Shown here: piece after piece, positions 1 through 8,542 of the stretch | Numbering within the stretch: position 1 is the first letter of the stretch | Layout of the letters: every line of letters begins with the position of its first letter | Origin: an uncultured delta proteobacterium | GTDB lineage: Bacteria; Desulfobacterota; Desulfobacteria; Desulfobacterales; QNYZ01 | Assembly: GCA_963845145.1 (NCBI GenBank) | Contig: CAWJQU010000005.1 | Location: 1,280,001 to 1,344,000, forward strand | Direction: 5' to 3' | DNA: 64,000 nucleotides | Translations under genes and position numbers: made by a program | Notes under the pieces: generated by a model | What the model was told of the DNA's origin: nothing | The model's database searches: none | Seen by the model: the letters and a program-made list of their open reading frames with translations, nothing else

Positions 1-107
1 CGAAAATTGATAATTTGTCAATCGTCGTCCGCAGGTCCTATACACATGCTTTGCCATAGCGCCCCCACGGGATATCAAGGGCAGTTGATTCTACGAAGAT
101 ATCCGGT

Positions 108-123
108 TGGCACGAATTTTGAA
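108..123 (+). promoter_or_regulatory. Putative sigma54 (-24/-12) promoter
   Basis: TGGCACG-AATT-TTGA: GG and G(A) separated by the canonical 10 nt, but -12 is GA rather than GC; a sigma54 activator gene lies downstream. Confidence 0.55.
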
Positions 124-175
124 CTTAAATTTGAATGGAAAATAGGGAAGAAATGAAAAATTGATGGAGGTTATC

Positions 176-544
176 ATGAAGCTATCTAGCAGGATAATTC
201 GACCGTGGCGGTTGATAGTCGCCGGTTTGATATTTGCCGGCTTGATCATTTCCAATCCGGGGGTTGCTCGCAGCCATGGTGGAAAAACCCATGGGGATGA
301 ACCGTTTTCCGCGTTTCAGGCTGTCCAGAAGGCAGTCCAGCTTTACGATCGCCTGATCTCTGCTGGTAAACTGTCGGAAGAGTGGGAAACCGACCTGACA
401 TCCATCCATGTGAATGCGCGTGGCTCTGAATCCGATCGCGAATATGTGGTGCAGTTCAAACGGACTGGTGGCGATACGGACAGTGTTTACTTTTACTTCG
501 ATCGCCAGGGGGAATATTCGGGATCGAATTTCACGGGTAAATAA
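176..544 (+). CDS. Secreted small protein with His-rich mature N-terminus (DUF6488-like)
   Basis: GGAGG RBS before ATG 176; signal-peptide-like N-terminus followed by HGGKTHG; ends GxYSGSNFTGK. Confidence 0.7.
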   Translation: MKLSSRIIRPWRLIVAGLIFAGLIISNPGVARSHGGKTHGDEPFSAFQAVQKAVQLYDRLISAGKLSEEWETDLTSIHVNARGSESDREYVVQFKRTGGDTDSVYFYFDRQGEYSGSNFTGK

Positions 545-556
545 GGAGATGCCTAT

Positions 557-1204
557 ATGGCCCCAACTCTCACCAATTACCGGTCTCCCAGCAGAATGAC
601 GCTGGAACGGATGCCCACCCCCGCCAAGGCCCTGGCTACCTGTATCATCGTTGTTCTGGCCATCGGTATGCTGGGCGCAATGGGGCAGATCGTTGTGCAT
701 GACATTGTTCCCACTTTTTTTTCTCAATCCGGAAAAGAGGAAATGACCCCGCCGTCAGGCGAAAGCCATGCCGGCATGGGGCACAGCTCTCCGGCTACGC
801 CTGGAACCGGGCGGGGAGATCTGTTTTCCGACCTGTCAACCGTCGTAAAGAAATCAGCCAAACCGTTTTACCAACAGGAACAATTTGTCTGGATCCTGAA
901 GTGGACTCACATCCACCTGTTCGGCATAAGCATGATTTTCATCTTCGTGGGGGCCATCACCATATGTCTGGATATCGGTTCCGCCCTGCGTACATGGCTG
1001 GTCGTGCTGCCTTTTTTCGGGGTGCTGATCGATATCCTGGCCATGTGGCTGAAAGCCTTTGTATCACCGGCATTTTTCTGGCTGCACGTACCTGGTGGAG
1101 GCCTGTTTGCCGTGATATTCGGATATGTATCACTGCGGGCATTGTGGGAAATGTGGCTTAGGCCCGTGCCGGAAACACGCCGCGATAATCCTGAAGACCA
1201 TTAA
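557..1204 (+). CDS. Integral membrane protein (about 4 TM) with conserved-looking His residues
   Basis: AAGGAG RBS; hydrophobic helices; WTHIHLFG and WLH motifs. Confidence 0.75.
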   Translation: MAPTLTNYRSPSRMTLERMPTPAKALATCIIVVLAIGMLGAMGQIVVHDIVPTFFSQSGKEEMTPPSGESHAGMGHSSPATPGTGRGDLFSDLSTVVKKSAKPFYQQEQFVWILKWTHIHLFGISMIFIFVGAITICLDIGSALRTWLVVLPFFGVLIDILAMWLKAFVSPAFFWLHVPGGGLFAVIFGYVSLRALWEMWLRPVPETRRDNPEDH

Positions 1205-1363
1205 ATTGTCAGTGACGATTTTTTTCCATCATAGTTCCTCTTGCCGGTGAGGTGTGAAAAATATTTGCACTTGGGGCTTTGTCTCCTTATTTATTACTAA
1301 ATAACTGATTTTATCTATTCGGTTTAGCTATCCGGTCCCATTAACGAAGGAAATACAGCAGCC

Positions 1364-3116
1364 ATGACGATCGTACCCCGCCGACAACTTTATATGACGG
1401 CCTGGACGATCCTTTTTATCGTGCTGCTGTTGCTGGCCTTTATCAGTGTTTCCACCTACCGGAACCTGGGTCGGGAAAGAAAAGCTGCCGTGGAAACGAT
1501 CCACCGTCAAGCCCTGGCCCTAATCACGGCCCTGGAAGCCGGCGCCCGGGTCGGCATGATGATGCAAATGGCCGGAAAGGATGCCATTGGGAATCTGGTT
1601 CACGAAATCAGTCGATCCGATGATATTAATTACCTGTATTTGGTAAATGCCGAGGGGGAAGTGGTGCATCACTCGATCCCTTCCCTTGTAGGCACCCGGG
1701 CTGCGTGGCGTCCGGAGTTTGAACAGGCGGGAGAAGTCCGTTACCGCAAACGTCGTCTCAGCGACGGAACCCATGTTTATGAAGTGGCAAAGCCGTTTAC
1801 CCCTATGGAGACCCAATCGGGTGACATCCAGCCATCAACCCAAGATCCGGCATCCGAAAACCAAGTACATTTTCATGCCCGAGCCATTGTCTACTTAGGA
1901 ATGACGATGGCGGCCTATGAAGACGCTCGTAAATCAGACCTGCAACATGCCATGATTATGGCATGTATTGTTCTGGCATTGGGCGGTGGCGTCATCTATT
2001 TTTTTATCGTAATCCGAAGCTACCACCTGCTCAGCCAAACCCTTAAAAAAAACCGCGATTATACCCGGCAGGTGATAGAAAACATGGCCCACGGCTTGTT
2101 AAGTATCGATCCCGGCGGAAAGATAATATCCTACAACCAACAGGCACTGTCATTGCTGGACTTGTCGGCAACGGACATCGACCATTTCGAATTGCAGACG
2201 ATTTTCGATTTTCAACAAACCGGAATTGCTCAGACACTCAACCAGGGTGTGCCGGTGCTTACCAGAGAAATCCGCTATCACAGGGAAAAGGGTGACCCGC
2301 TTCCACTGCTGTTGACCGTGACACCCATTAAGGATGAAACGGGTATTCGTAGCGGCGCGGTTGTGGTGTTGAGAGATTTGAGCGAGATTAAACGGTTGGA
2401 AGCAGAGGTACGACGTGCTGAAAAATTGGCGGTGGTCGGGCGATTGGCTGCAGGGGTTGCTCACGAAATTCGGAACCCGCTCAGCTCAATTCGTGGATTT
2501 GCCTATTTGCTAGGGCGGGGTCATGAAAAGGAGACCGTCGAGCGGGAATACGCCGATGTCATGGTGCGTGAGATCGATCGTATTAACCGTGTTGTGACAG
2601 ACTTGCTCAATTTTTCCCGACCCATGACGCTGGAACCGAAAATGGCAATTCTTCCGGATCTCATTGATCATGTCGTATCCCTAGTTTCCGGCGATGCTCA
2701 AACCCACGACATAAGTATCCACGTTCATTGCCCGGCAGATCTTGAGCCCTTGTCATTGGACCCGAACCAGATCACCCAAGCGCTGCTCAATCTGATGCTT
2801 AATGCTATTCATGCGATTGAAAATGGGGGCGCAATTGAAATTCGGGCTTCCCGTTCAAAGGTTAAGGGGGTCAAGATTTATGTGGAGGACACCGGTGCTG
2901 GAATTGGAGCGGAGGTTAAGGAAAAGATTTTTGAGCCCTTTTACACCACCAAGGAGCGGGGTACCGGTCTGGGGTTGGCGATGGTTCGCAAAATTGCTGA
3001 AAATCATGGGGGTACGCGTTGATGTGGAAAGTCCGCCGCCGGGAAAAAGTACCGGCACCCGGTTTGTCCTGATTCTTCAAAATATAGAGGGAGACAGATC
3101 CCTTGCGGAATCGTAA
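1364..3116 (+). CDS. ZraS/HydH-like PAS sensor histidine kinase; +1 frameshift near 3016
   Basis: Two TM helices, PAS, H-box AHEIRNPL, N box, DxGxG, GTGLGL; the C-terminal VDVESPPPGKSTGTRFVL continues in another frame to 3116. Confidence 0.88.
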
Positions 3117-3254
3117 CACACGCTGACAATGACGATTGGAAGCCGAAAATCTATCCATCCAGACAACAACAAGAATTTGGATGCCGGGTCAAGCCAACGG
3201 TTTATAAAAATACGAATCTTTTTGACATTCTCTTGATGTGGAGATGGAAGGGCG

Positions 3255-4628
3255 ATGATGACAAAGATACTCGTGGTAGACGACGATCCATCCCATCGTA
3301 CCATGCTGAAAGCCGTTTTGTCGGCCGAGGGCTACCAGGTGCAAGAAGCCGATGACGGCGACACAGCGTGCGGGATGGTAGAGACAACCCTTTTCGATTT
3401 GGTGCTTATGGACCTTCGCATGAAGCGCATGAATGGGGATGAAGCCCAGAAAAAGATCGTCGATATAAGCCCCGATACACCGGTTATTATCATGACCGCT
3501 TACGGCTCGGTTAGATCGGCTGTTGAGGCCCTTAAAGCCGGCGCCCAAAACTACCTCACCAAGCCCGTCGACATTGATGAACTAAAATTTCTGATTACGA
3601 AAACGCTGCATCACCGCCAGCTTGAAGAAGAGAACCTCAACCTTAAAGAAAGATTGGATGCCCGATTTGATTTTGGTGGAATCATAGGCCGCAGTCCCTC
3701 CATGCGGGAACTTTTTGAAACCCTGGCGCTAGTCGCGCCATCGGAGGCTACCGTATTGATCCAAGGGGAAAGCGGTACTGGAAAAGAATTGGTTGCCAAC
3801 GCTATTCACCACAACAGTCTTCGCAAGGATCGCCCCTTCGTCAAGGTCAATTGCGCGGCCCTGCCCGAAACATTGCTGGAGAACGAGCTTTTCGGACATG
3901 AAAAGGGCGCTTTTACGGGTGCCACCGGACCCAAGAAAGGACGGTTTCAGTTGGCGGATAAGGGCACCCTTTTTCTGGATGAGATTGCAGAAATGGCGCC
4001 GTCGACCCAGGCTAAGATCCTGCGCGTCCTTCAGGAAAGGGAATTCGAGCCGGTGGGAGGAACCCGGACCATTCATGTGGATACCCGGATTATCTCGGCC
4101 ACCAACCAGGATCTGGAAGCGGAAATCACTAAAGGCCGGTTTCGGGAAGATCTTTACTATCGGCTCAATGTGGTCATGGTTAAGGTGCCTCCCCTGAGAA
4201 ATCGCCTGGCCGATACGCCCCTTCTTGCCAAATATTTTCTGGATCGATATGGTAAAAAAAATCATCGTAATCTAAAAGGGTTCGATCCCCTCGCCATGGA
4301 TCTCCTGGTACAACATCCCTGGCCCGGTAATGTCCGTGAGCTTGAAAACGTTATCGAGCGAGCAGTGATCATGGCCAGGGGCGACATAATCGGCCCAGAA
4401 CATTTCCCTGACAACCTTAGAAATCAAAGTGCCAATCAGCCTGCCGCAGAGACAACGCTGACATCCGGCCGTGCATTGAAAGAGGTCGAAAAAGAGATGA
4501 TTCTGAAGACCTTGAAGGAGATGGGCGGCAACCGGACACATACGGCAGAGATATTGGGTATCAGCCGCCGAACCCTCCAGCTAAAATTAAAGGACTACAG
4601 AGAAAAAAACCTTCGGGTTGACAAGTAA
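3255..4628 (+). CDS. Sigma54-dependent response regulator (ZraR/NtrC family)
   Basis: REC domain, GESGTGKE, GAFTGA, WPGNVREL, Fis-type HTH. Confidence 0.95.
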   Translation: MMTKILVVDDDPSHRTMLKAVLSAEGYQVQEADDGDTACGMVETTLFDLVLMDLRMKRMNGDEAQKKIVDISPDTPVIIMTAYGSVRSAVEALKAGAQNYLTKPVDIDELKFLITKTLHHRQLEEENLNLKERLDARFDFGGIIGRSPSMRELFETLALVAPSEATVLIQGESGTGKELVANAIHHNSLRKDRPFVKVNCAALPETLLENELFGHEKGAFTGATGPKKGRFQLADKGTLFLDEIAEMAPSTQAKILRVLQEREFEPVGGTRTIHVDTRIISATNQDLEAEITKGRFREDLYYRLNVVMVKVPPLRNRLADTPLLAKYFLDRYGKKNHRNLKGFDPLAMDLLVQHPWPGNVRELENVIERAVIMARGDIIGPEHFPDNLRNQSANQPAAETTLTSGRALKEVEKEMILKTLKEMGGNRTHTAEILGISRRTLQLKLKDYREKNLRVDK

Positions 4629-4635
4629 GAGCGGT

Positions 4636-4724
4636 GATTACGTCGCTGATAATAACCGGTGGCAAAAAGCAAAACGAGAGTGAACGTCGTTCTTTGCCGT
4701 TCAAGTTGGCTTGTCCGGTTGCAG
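4636..4724 (+). repeat. Degenerate palindromic element resembling an eroded attC site
   Basis: ATAACCGGTGGCAAAAAGC...GTTCTTTGCCG imperfect inverted repeat directly after a stop codon; core sites not intact. Confidence 0.35.
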
Positions 4725-4764
4725 AATCTTTTAATAACATGCTAAAATCATATAATTTATTTTA

Positions 4765-4793
4765 TTGACATCGCTTTTTCCAGGCTATATTCT
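4765..4793 (+). promoter_or_regulatory. Sigma70-type promoter
   Basis: TTGACA-17 nt-TATTCT upstream of ORF 4886. Confidence 0.55.
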
Positions 4794-4885
4794 ATATCGC
4801 AACAGATGCTTGAAAGGCCGTTATTTTTAATCGGCTTTAAAGTTAGGTTTGATCTGGCTACAATCGTTCTCAGGGGGTAACGATC

Positions 4886-5218
4886 TTGACCTGTTCGCGT
4901 CAATCAGCGTTAAAAAAAGGTCGCGGATATCTACTATTGGTATTACTGCCGTTAGTTAGTATTTATCTCTTTTTTTCGGTATCCCCTTTTTATAGTTCCG
5001 AGCACCTTCATTCCAAAGCGAATTCGAAGAGCGTGATTTTTCAGATAGTTGAAAAAGAAGATGTGTCGGAAGGTGACAAATATTTTTTACTTCTTCCTCA
5101 TTCAACATCCATTCTCTATTTGAATGGGCTTAAAAATAAAAAAACGGGTGATTTTTTCCATCCGCCTCAGCCCAAATTGATATTCATCACACCTCGTTCC
5201 CCTCCGTCTCAAACTTAA
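4886..5218 (+). CDS. Small membrane-anchored leader protein ending in RSPP
   Basis: TTG start after GGGGG; one N-terminal hydrophobic segment; C-terminal ITPRSPPSQT. Confidence 0.5.
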   Translation: MTCSRQSALKKGRGYLLLVLLPLVSIYLFFSVSPFYSSEHLHSKANSKSVIFQIVEKEDVSEGDKYFLLLPHSTSILYLNGLKNKKTGDFFHPPQPKLIFITPRSPPSQT

Positions 5219-5457
5219 ACGCGCGGTGCACGTTTCCTTCGCAGGCTATGATATTTTACAACAAGTGGATTGGGTTTGCCTGTCTTTAATGCTTTTAATA
5301 TCGATTAGCGTTTATTTTTAATTTAACGGGCTATTGTTAAAAAGAGGTTTTAGATCTTTTAATAATGCAAAAAGTACGCATTATTTAGATAAACCGTGCC
5401 GGCTCGTTCAATTGTCCCTGAAATAATCATTCAAATGACTGCATTAGGAGGCATGCC

Positions 5458-6027
5458 ATGAAAACGACAATCGTAAAAGAGATCATGATTCCAATTTCGG
5501 AATATGCCACTGTTTTGGAGGAAGGTACCCTGCTCGATGCTGTTTCTGCTTTAAAAGAGACACAAGAAGAACATTGTCGGACGCGTGATAAGCATCGGGC
5601 GGTCATCGTATTTGATAAAGGCGGAAAGGTTGTGGGTAAGCTGAGCCAGCATGATGTCATTGAAGCTTTGGAGCCTAATTATAAAAAATTAAAAAAGACC
5701 GGCAGTGATGCGCTACACCGCTTTGGCCTCAGTGATGTCTATATAGACTCTGCTATGAAAGAATATGGTCTTTGGAGCAAACCTTTTTCGAACCTTTGTG
5801 AAAAGGCAATAAATCAGCGGGTTAAGAATGTTATGTATACTCTCAGCGAAGGAGAGTTTATTGAAGAAAATGATACCATGGATAAAGCCATTCACCAGTT
5901 AATCGTTGGGCGACACCACTCTTTGCTCGTCACTGTCGCTGGAAGTCGAGAAATAGCCGGTGTGCTGAGGCTCACGGATGTGTTTGAGCTTGTATCCGAT
6001 GCGCTTACGGAGTGTAATCCGGAATAA
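5458..6027 (+). CDS. CBS domain-containing protein
   Basis: AGGAGG RBS; VKEIMIP...VFDKGGKVVGKLS and IAGVLRLTDV CBS-pair motifs. Confidence 0.85.
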   Translation: MKTTIVKEIMIPISEYATVLEEGTLLDAVSALKETQEEHCRTRDKHRAVIVFDKGGKVVGKLSQHDVIEALEPNYKKLKKTGSDALHRFGLSDVYIDSAMKEYGLWSKPFSNLCEKAINQRVKNVMYTLSEGEFIEENDTMDKAIHQLIVGRHHSLLVTVAGSREIAGVLRLTDVFELVSDALTECNPE

Positions 6028-6054
6028 CCCATTATATCCATACAATAATCGCAA

Positions 6055-7833
6055 ATGACCAACGAAATAGATAATACTCAGCCCGAGGGCCTCACCAGCC
6101 ATAAAAAGGGCGGCATGGGGCAACTTCCGGCAACGGCTATCTGTGGTAACGATATTACCTCCTCGTGTTTGTACGTATCATCGCTGGCGATTATTTATGC
6201 AGGTAAATGGGCGCCCCTGGCGCTTTTAATGGTATCCGGGGTTCTGTATATTTTTCGGTCAATCTATGCCGAGGTCGTCGGTGCGCTGCCGCTAAACGGC
6301 GGTGCCTACAATGCGCTGTTGAACACGACAAGCAAATTCAGGGCTTCCATCGCGGCATGCCTGACCATCCTGTCCTATATGGCCACTGCCGTGATATCGG
6401 CCAGCGAAGCCATGCATTATGTACATACCATGTGGCCTGGACTGCCGGTGATTACCGCCACTATTGGTGTGCTGGTCTTTTTTACGGTGCTTACCATCAC
6501 GGGTATTGCCGAGTCCGCCGGTGTGGCCATTGTCATATTTTTCTTTCATCTGATCACGCTAACACTTCTCCTGGCGGCAGGCGGTTTTTATATATATTCT
6601 AATGGATTGGGCACGCTTCATTTAAACTTTTCCACACCCACTAAAGACGGCCTCCTATTTGCTCTGTTTTTTGGCTTTTCAGCCTCCCTTCTCGGAATAT
6701 CGGGATTTGAAAGTTCAGCCAATTTTGTGGAAGAGCAAGCCCAAGGGGTGTTTCCTTTAACGCTTAGAAACATGTGGTTCGCCGTCACCCTGTTTAATCC
6801 CGCAATCGCGTTGCTGGCGCTGGCGCTGGTTCCCATCCCGGAGGTGGGAGGGCACCAGGAGGCTCTACTGGCCCACATCGGCGGCATATCCGGCGGGTCA
6901 TGGCTGGCGAATTTGGTATCTGTGGACGCCGCCCTTGTCCTCAGCGGGGCGGTGCTGACAAGCTTTATCGGCGTAAACGGTCTGGTACGGCGAATGACAC
7001 TTGACCGCTGTTTACCTCAGTTTCTCCTGAAAACAAACCGGCGGGGTACCACGCACCGCATCATCATCTCTTTTTTCATTTTAGCAGTTTCCGTTCTCCT
7101 CATTACCGAGGGAGAACTGAAAGCCCTGGCCGGTGTTTACACGATCTCTTTTTTGGCCGTCATGGCGCTCTTTGGATTGGGGAATATTTTTTTAAAAATA
7201 AAGCGCGCCGGTCTGCCTCGGCCCACGGTTACGCCCCTGCCTTGGGTGCTTATTGCCATCGCTGCAGTCACATCCGGGCTGATTGGCAATGCGATCATGA
7301 ATCCAACCTACCTGGCCGTGTTTTTGGAATATTTCATTCCTACAATGTTGGTCGTTGCTATTATGCTGGGCCGAATTACCATTTTGCAGGCCTGCCTGTT
7401 TGTTGTTCGTTCGATATTGAAGATATTTATTCGAAAAATGACTTCCATATCGCAATTGATACGCAACAAAATCGATCAGATCAATGCGCAGCAAGTGGTC
7501 TTTTTTACCCGTGGCGACAACCTGGCGAATCTCAACAAAGCGATGCTGTACGTCCAGCAAAATGAGCATACGGACAGAATCAAAGTGGTGACGGTTGTTC
7601 GGTCCGAAAGCGACGTTTCACCCAATCTCAGCGGTGATATTAAATTTCTCAATCAGGCCTATCCGAATATAAAGATCGAATTTGTGGTCATAACCGGCCT
7701 GTTTGGCCCTGAGCTAATTCATAAATTGTCTGAAGAATGGAAAATCCCCTACAACTTAATGTTTATCGGATCTCCCGGCACCCATTTTATTTATGGTATA
7801 TCGGATCTGGGTGGCGTTCGGCTGATTATATGA
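6055..7833 (+). CDS. APC-superfamily permease with C-terminal cytoplasmic domain
   Basis: GNDITSSCLY, NGGAY and SGFES motifs; about 12 TM helices. Confidence 0.85.
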   Translation: MTNEIDNTQPEGLTSHKKGGMGQLPATAICGNDITSSCLYVSSLAIIYAGKWAPLALLMVSGVLYIFRSIYAEVVGALPLNGGAYNALLNTTSKFRASIAACLTILSYMATAVISASEAMHYVHTMWPGLPVITATIGVLVFFTVLTITGIAESAGVAIVIFFFHLITLTLLLAAGGFYIYSNGLGTLHLNFSTPTKDGLLFALFFGFSASLLGISGFESSANFVEEQAQGVFPLTLRNMWFAVTLFNPAIALLALALVPIPEVGGHQEALLAHIGGISGGSWLANLVSVDAALVLSGAVLTSFIGVNGLVRRMTLDRCLPQFLLKTNRRGTTHRIIISFFILAVSVLLITEGELKALAGVYTISFLAVMALFGLGNIFLKIKRAGLPRPTVTPLPWVLIAIAAVTSGLIGNAIMNPTYLAVFLEYFIPTMLVVAIMLGRITILQACLFVVRSILKIFIRKMTSISQLIRNKIDQINAQQVVFFTRGDNLANLNKAMLYVQQNEHTDRIKVVTVVRSESDVSPNLSGDIKFLNQAYPNIKIEFVVITGLFGPELIHKLSEEWKIPYNLMFIGSPGTHFIYGISDLGGVRLII

Positions 7834-7845
7834 CTTGAACCCACA

Positions 7846-7880
7846 GCCGGGTCCGGGTTCATTGAAAACCGGAACCTGGC
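7846..7880 (+). terminator. Hairpin after permease gene
   Basis: GCCGGGTCCGGGTT...AACCGGAACCTGGC imperfect stem; no clear U tract. Confidence 0.35.
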
Positions 7881-7935
7881 CAGCTGCCTGTTCTATAGCC
7901 GTTCCTATCGCGCCTCAGAGTAAGTAGAAAAATAT

Positions 7936-7960
7936 CTTGACAAACAGATGATCTTATCTT
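7936..7960 (+). promoter_or_regulatory. Candidate Rrf2 operator copy 1 overlapping a TTGACA -35
   Basis: CTTGACAAACAGATGATCTTATC; near-copy at 8490. Confidence 0.5.
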
Positions 7961-8040
7961 AATTAAAATTTATATAACCAATCCCAACAGAAACGACTTT
8001 ATTCATTATCTTTTGTTGCGCAGCAGGAACGAAATATTCA

Positions 8041-8427
8041 ATGTTAAATCAAACTGCCATTTATGCAACTCTGGCAATGGGGTTCTTGGCCAAGCAAGAT
8101 TCGAAAGACCCTATTTTGTCATCAACGATCGCATCTGAAATGGATATTCCGCACAATTTTCTGTCCAAAATCCTTAATCGGCTGGCCCAGGCGGGCTTAA
8201 TCCTTGCCACGCGCGGAAGAGGTGGCGGGGTGGTATTGGCCCGGCCAAGTTCGGAGATCTTTCTCCATGAGGTCGTGAATATATTCATGAAGGTAGACGA
8301 CTACAAACGGTGTTTATTGGGGCGGAAGCATTGTGACGGCAATTGTGGGCTCCATCTGCGCTGGCGAATTATTTCAGAGCAGTTCGAAAAGATGTTAAAC
8401 GAAACCACCATCGCCCAGGTATTGTAA
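8041..8427 (+). CDS. Rrf2-family transcriptional regulator (three Cys, likely Fe-S)
   Basis: IPHNFLSKILNRL...RGRGGG wHTH; C-x6-C-x3-C. Confidence 0.92.
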   Translation: MLNQTAIYATLAMGFLAKQDSKDPILSSTIASEMDIPHNFLSKILNRLAQAGLILATRGRGGGVVLARPSSEIFLHEVVNIFMKVDDYKRCLLGRKHCDGNCGLHLRWRIISEQFEKMLNETTIAQVL

Positions 8428-8489
8428 CCGGTGGCCATTATCGCTTAAAAAATCAGGCGGTAATGGGGGCGAATTTTTTTTGGGTATAA

Positions 8490-8514
8490 CTTGATAAAAA
8501 GATGAACAAATCAA
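8490..8514 (+). promoter_or_regulatory. Candidate Rrf2 operator copy 2 upstream of qNor
   Basis: CTTGATAAAAAGATGAACAAATC; 17 of 23 positions match copy 1. Confidence 0.5.
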
Positions 8515-8542
8515 CAAAAAGACAAACCAAAGGAGGTTTCCG

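Noticed and set aside
3014..3022. UGA at the kinase end as selenocysteine
   Set aside because: Homology continues in a different frame, so this is a frameshift; no Cys motif or SECIS.
5219..5457. c-di-AMP (ydaO) riboswitch upstream of the CBS/APC genes
   Set aside because: I could not recognise the conserved riboswitch elements; the region is very AT-rich.
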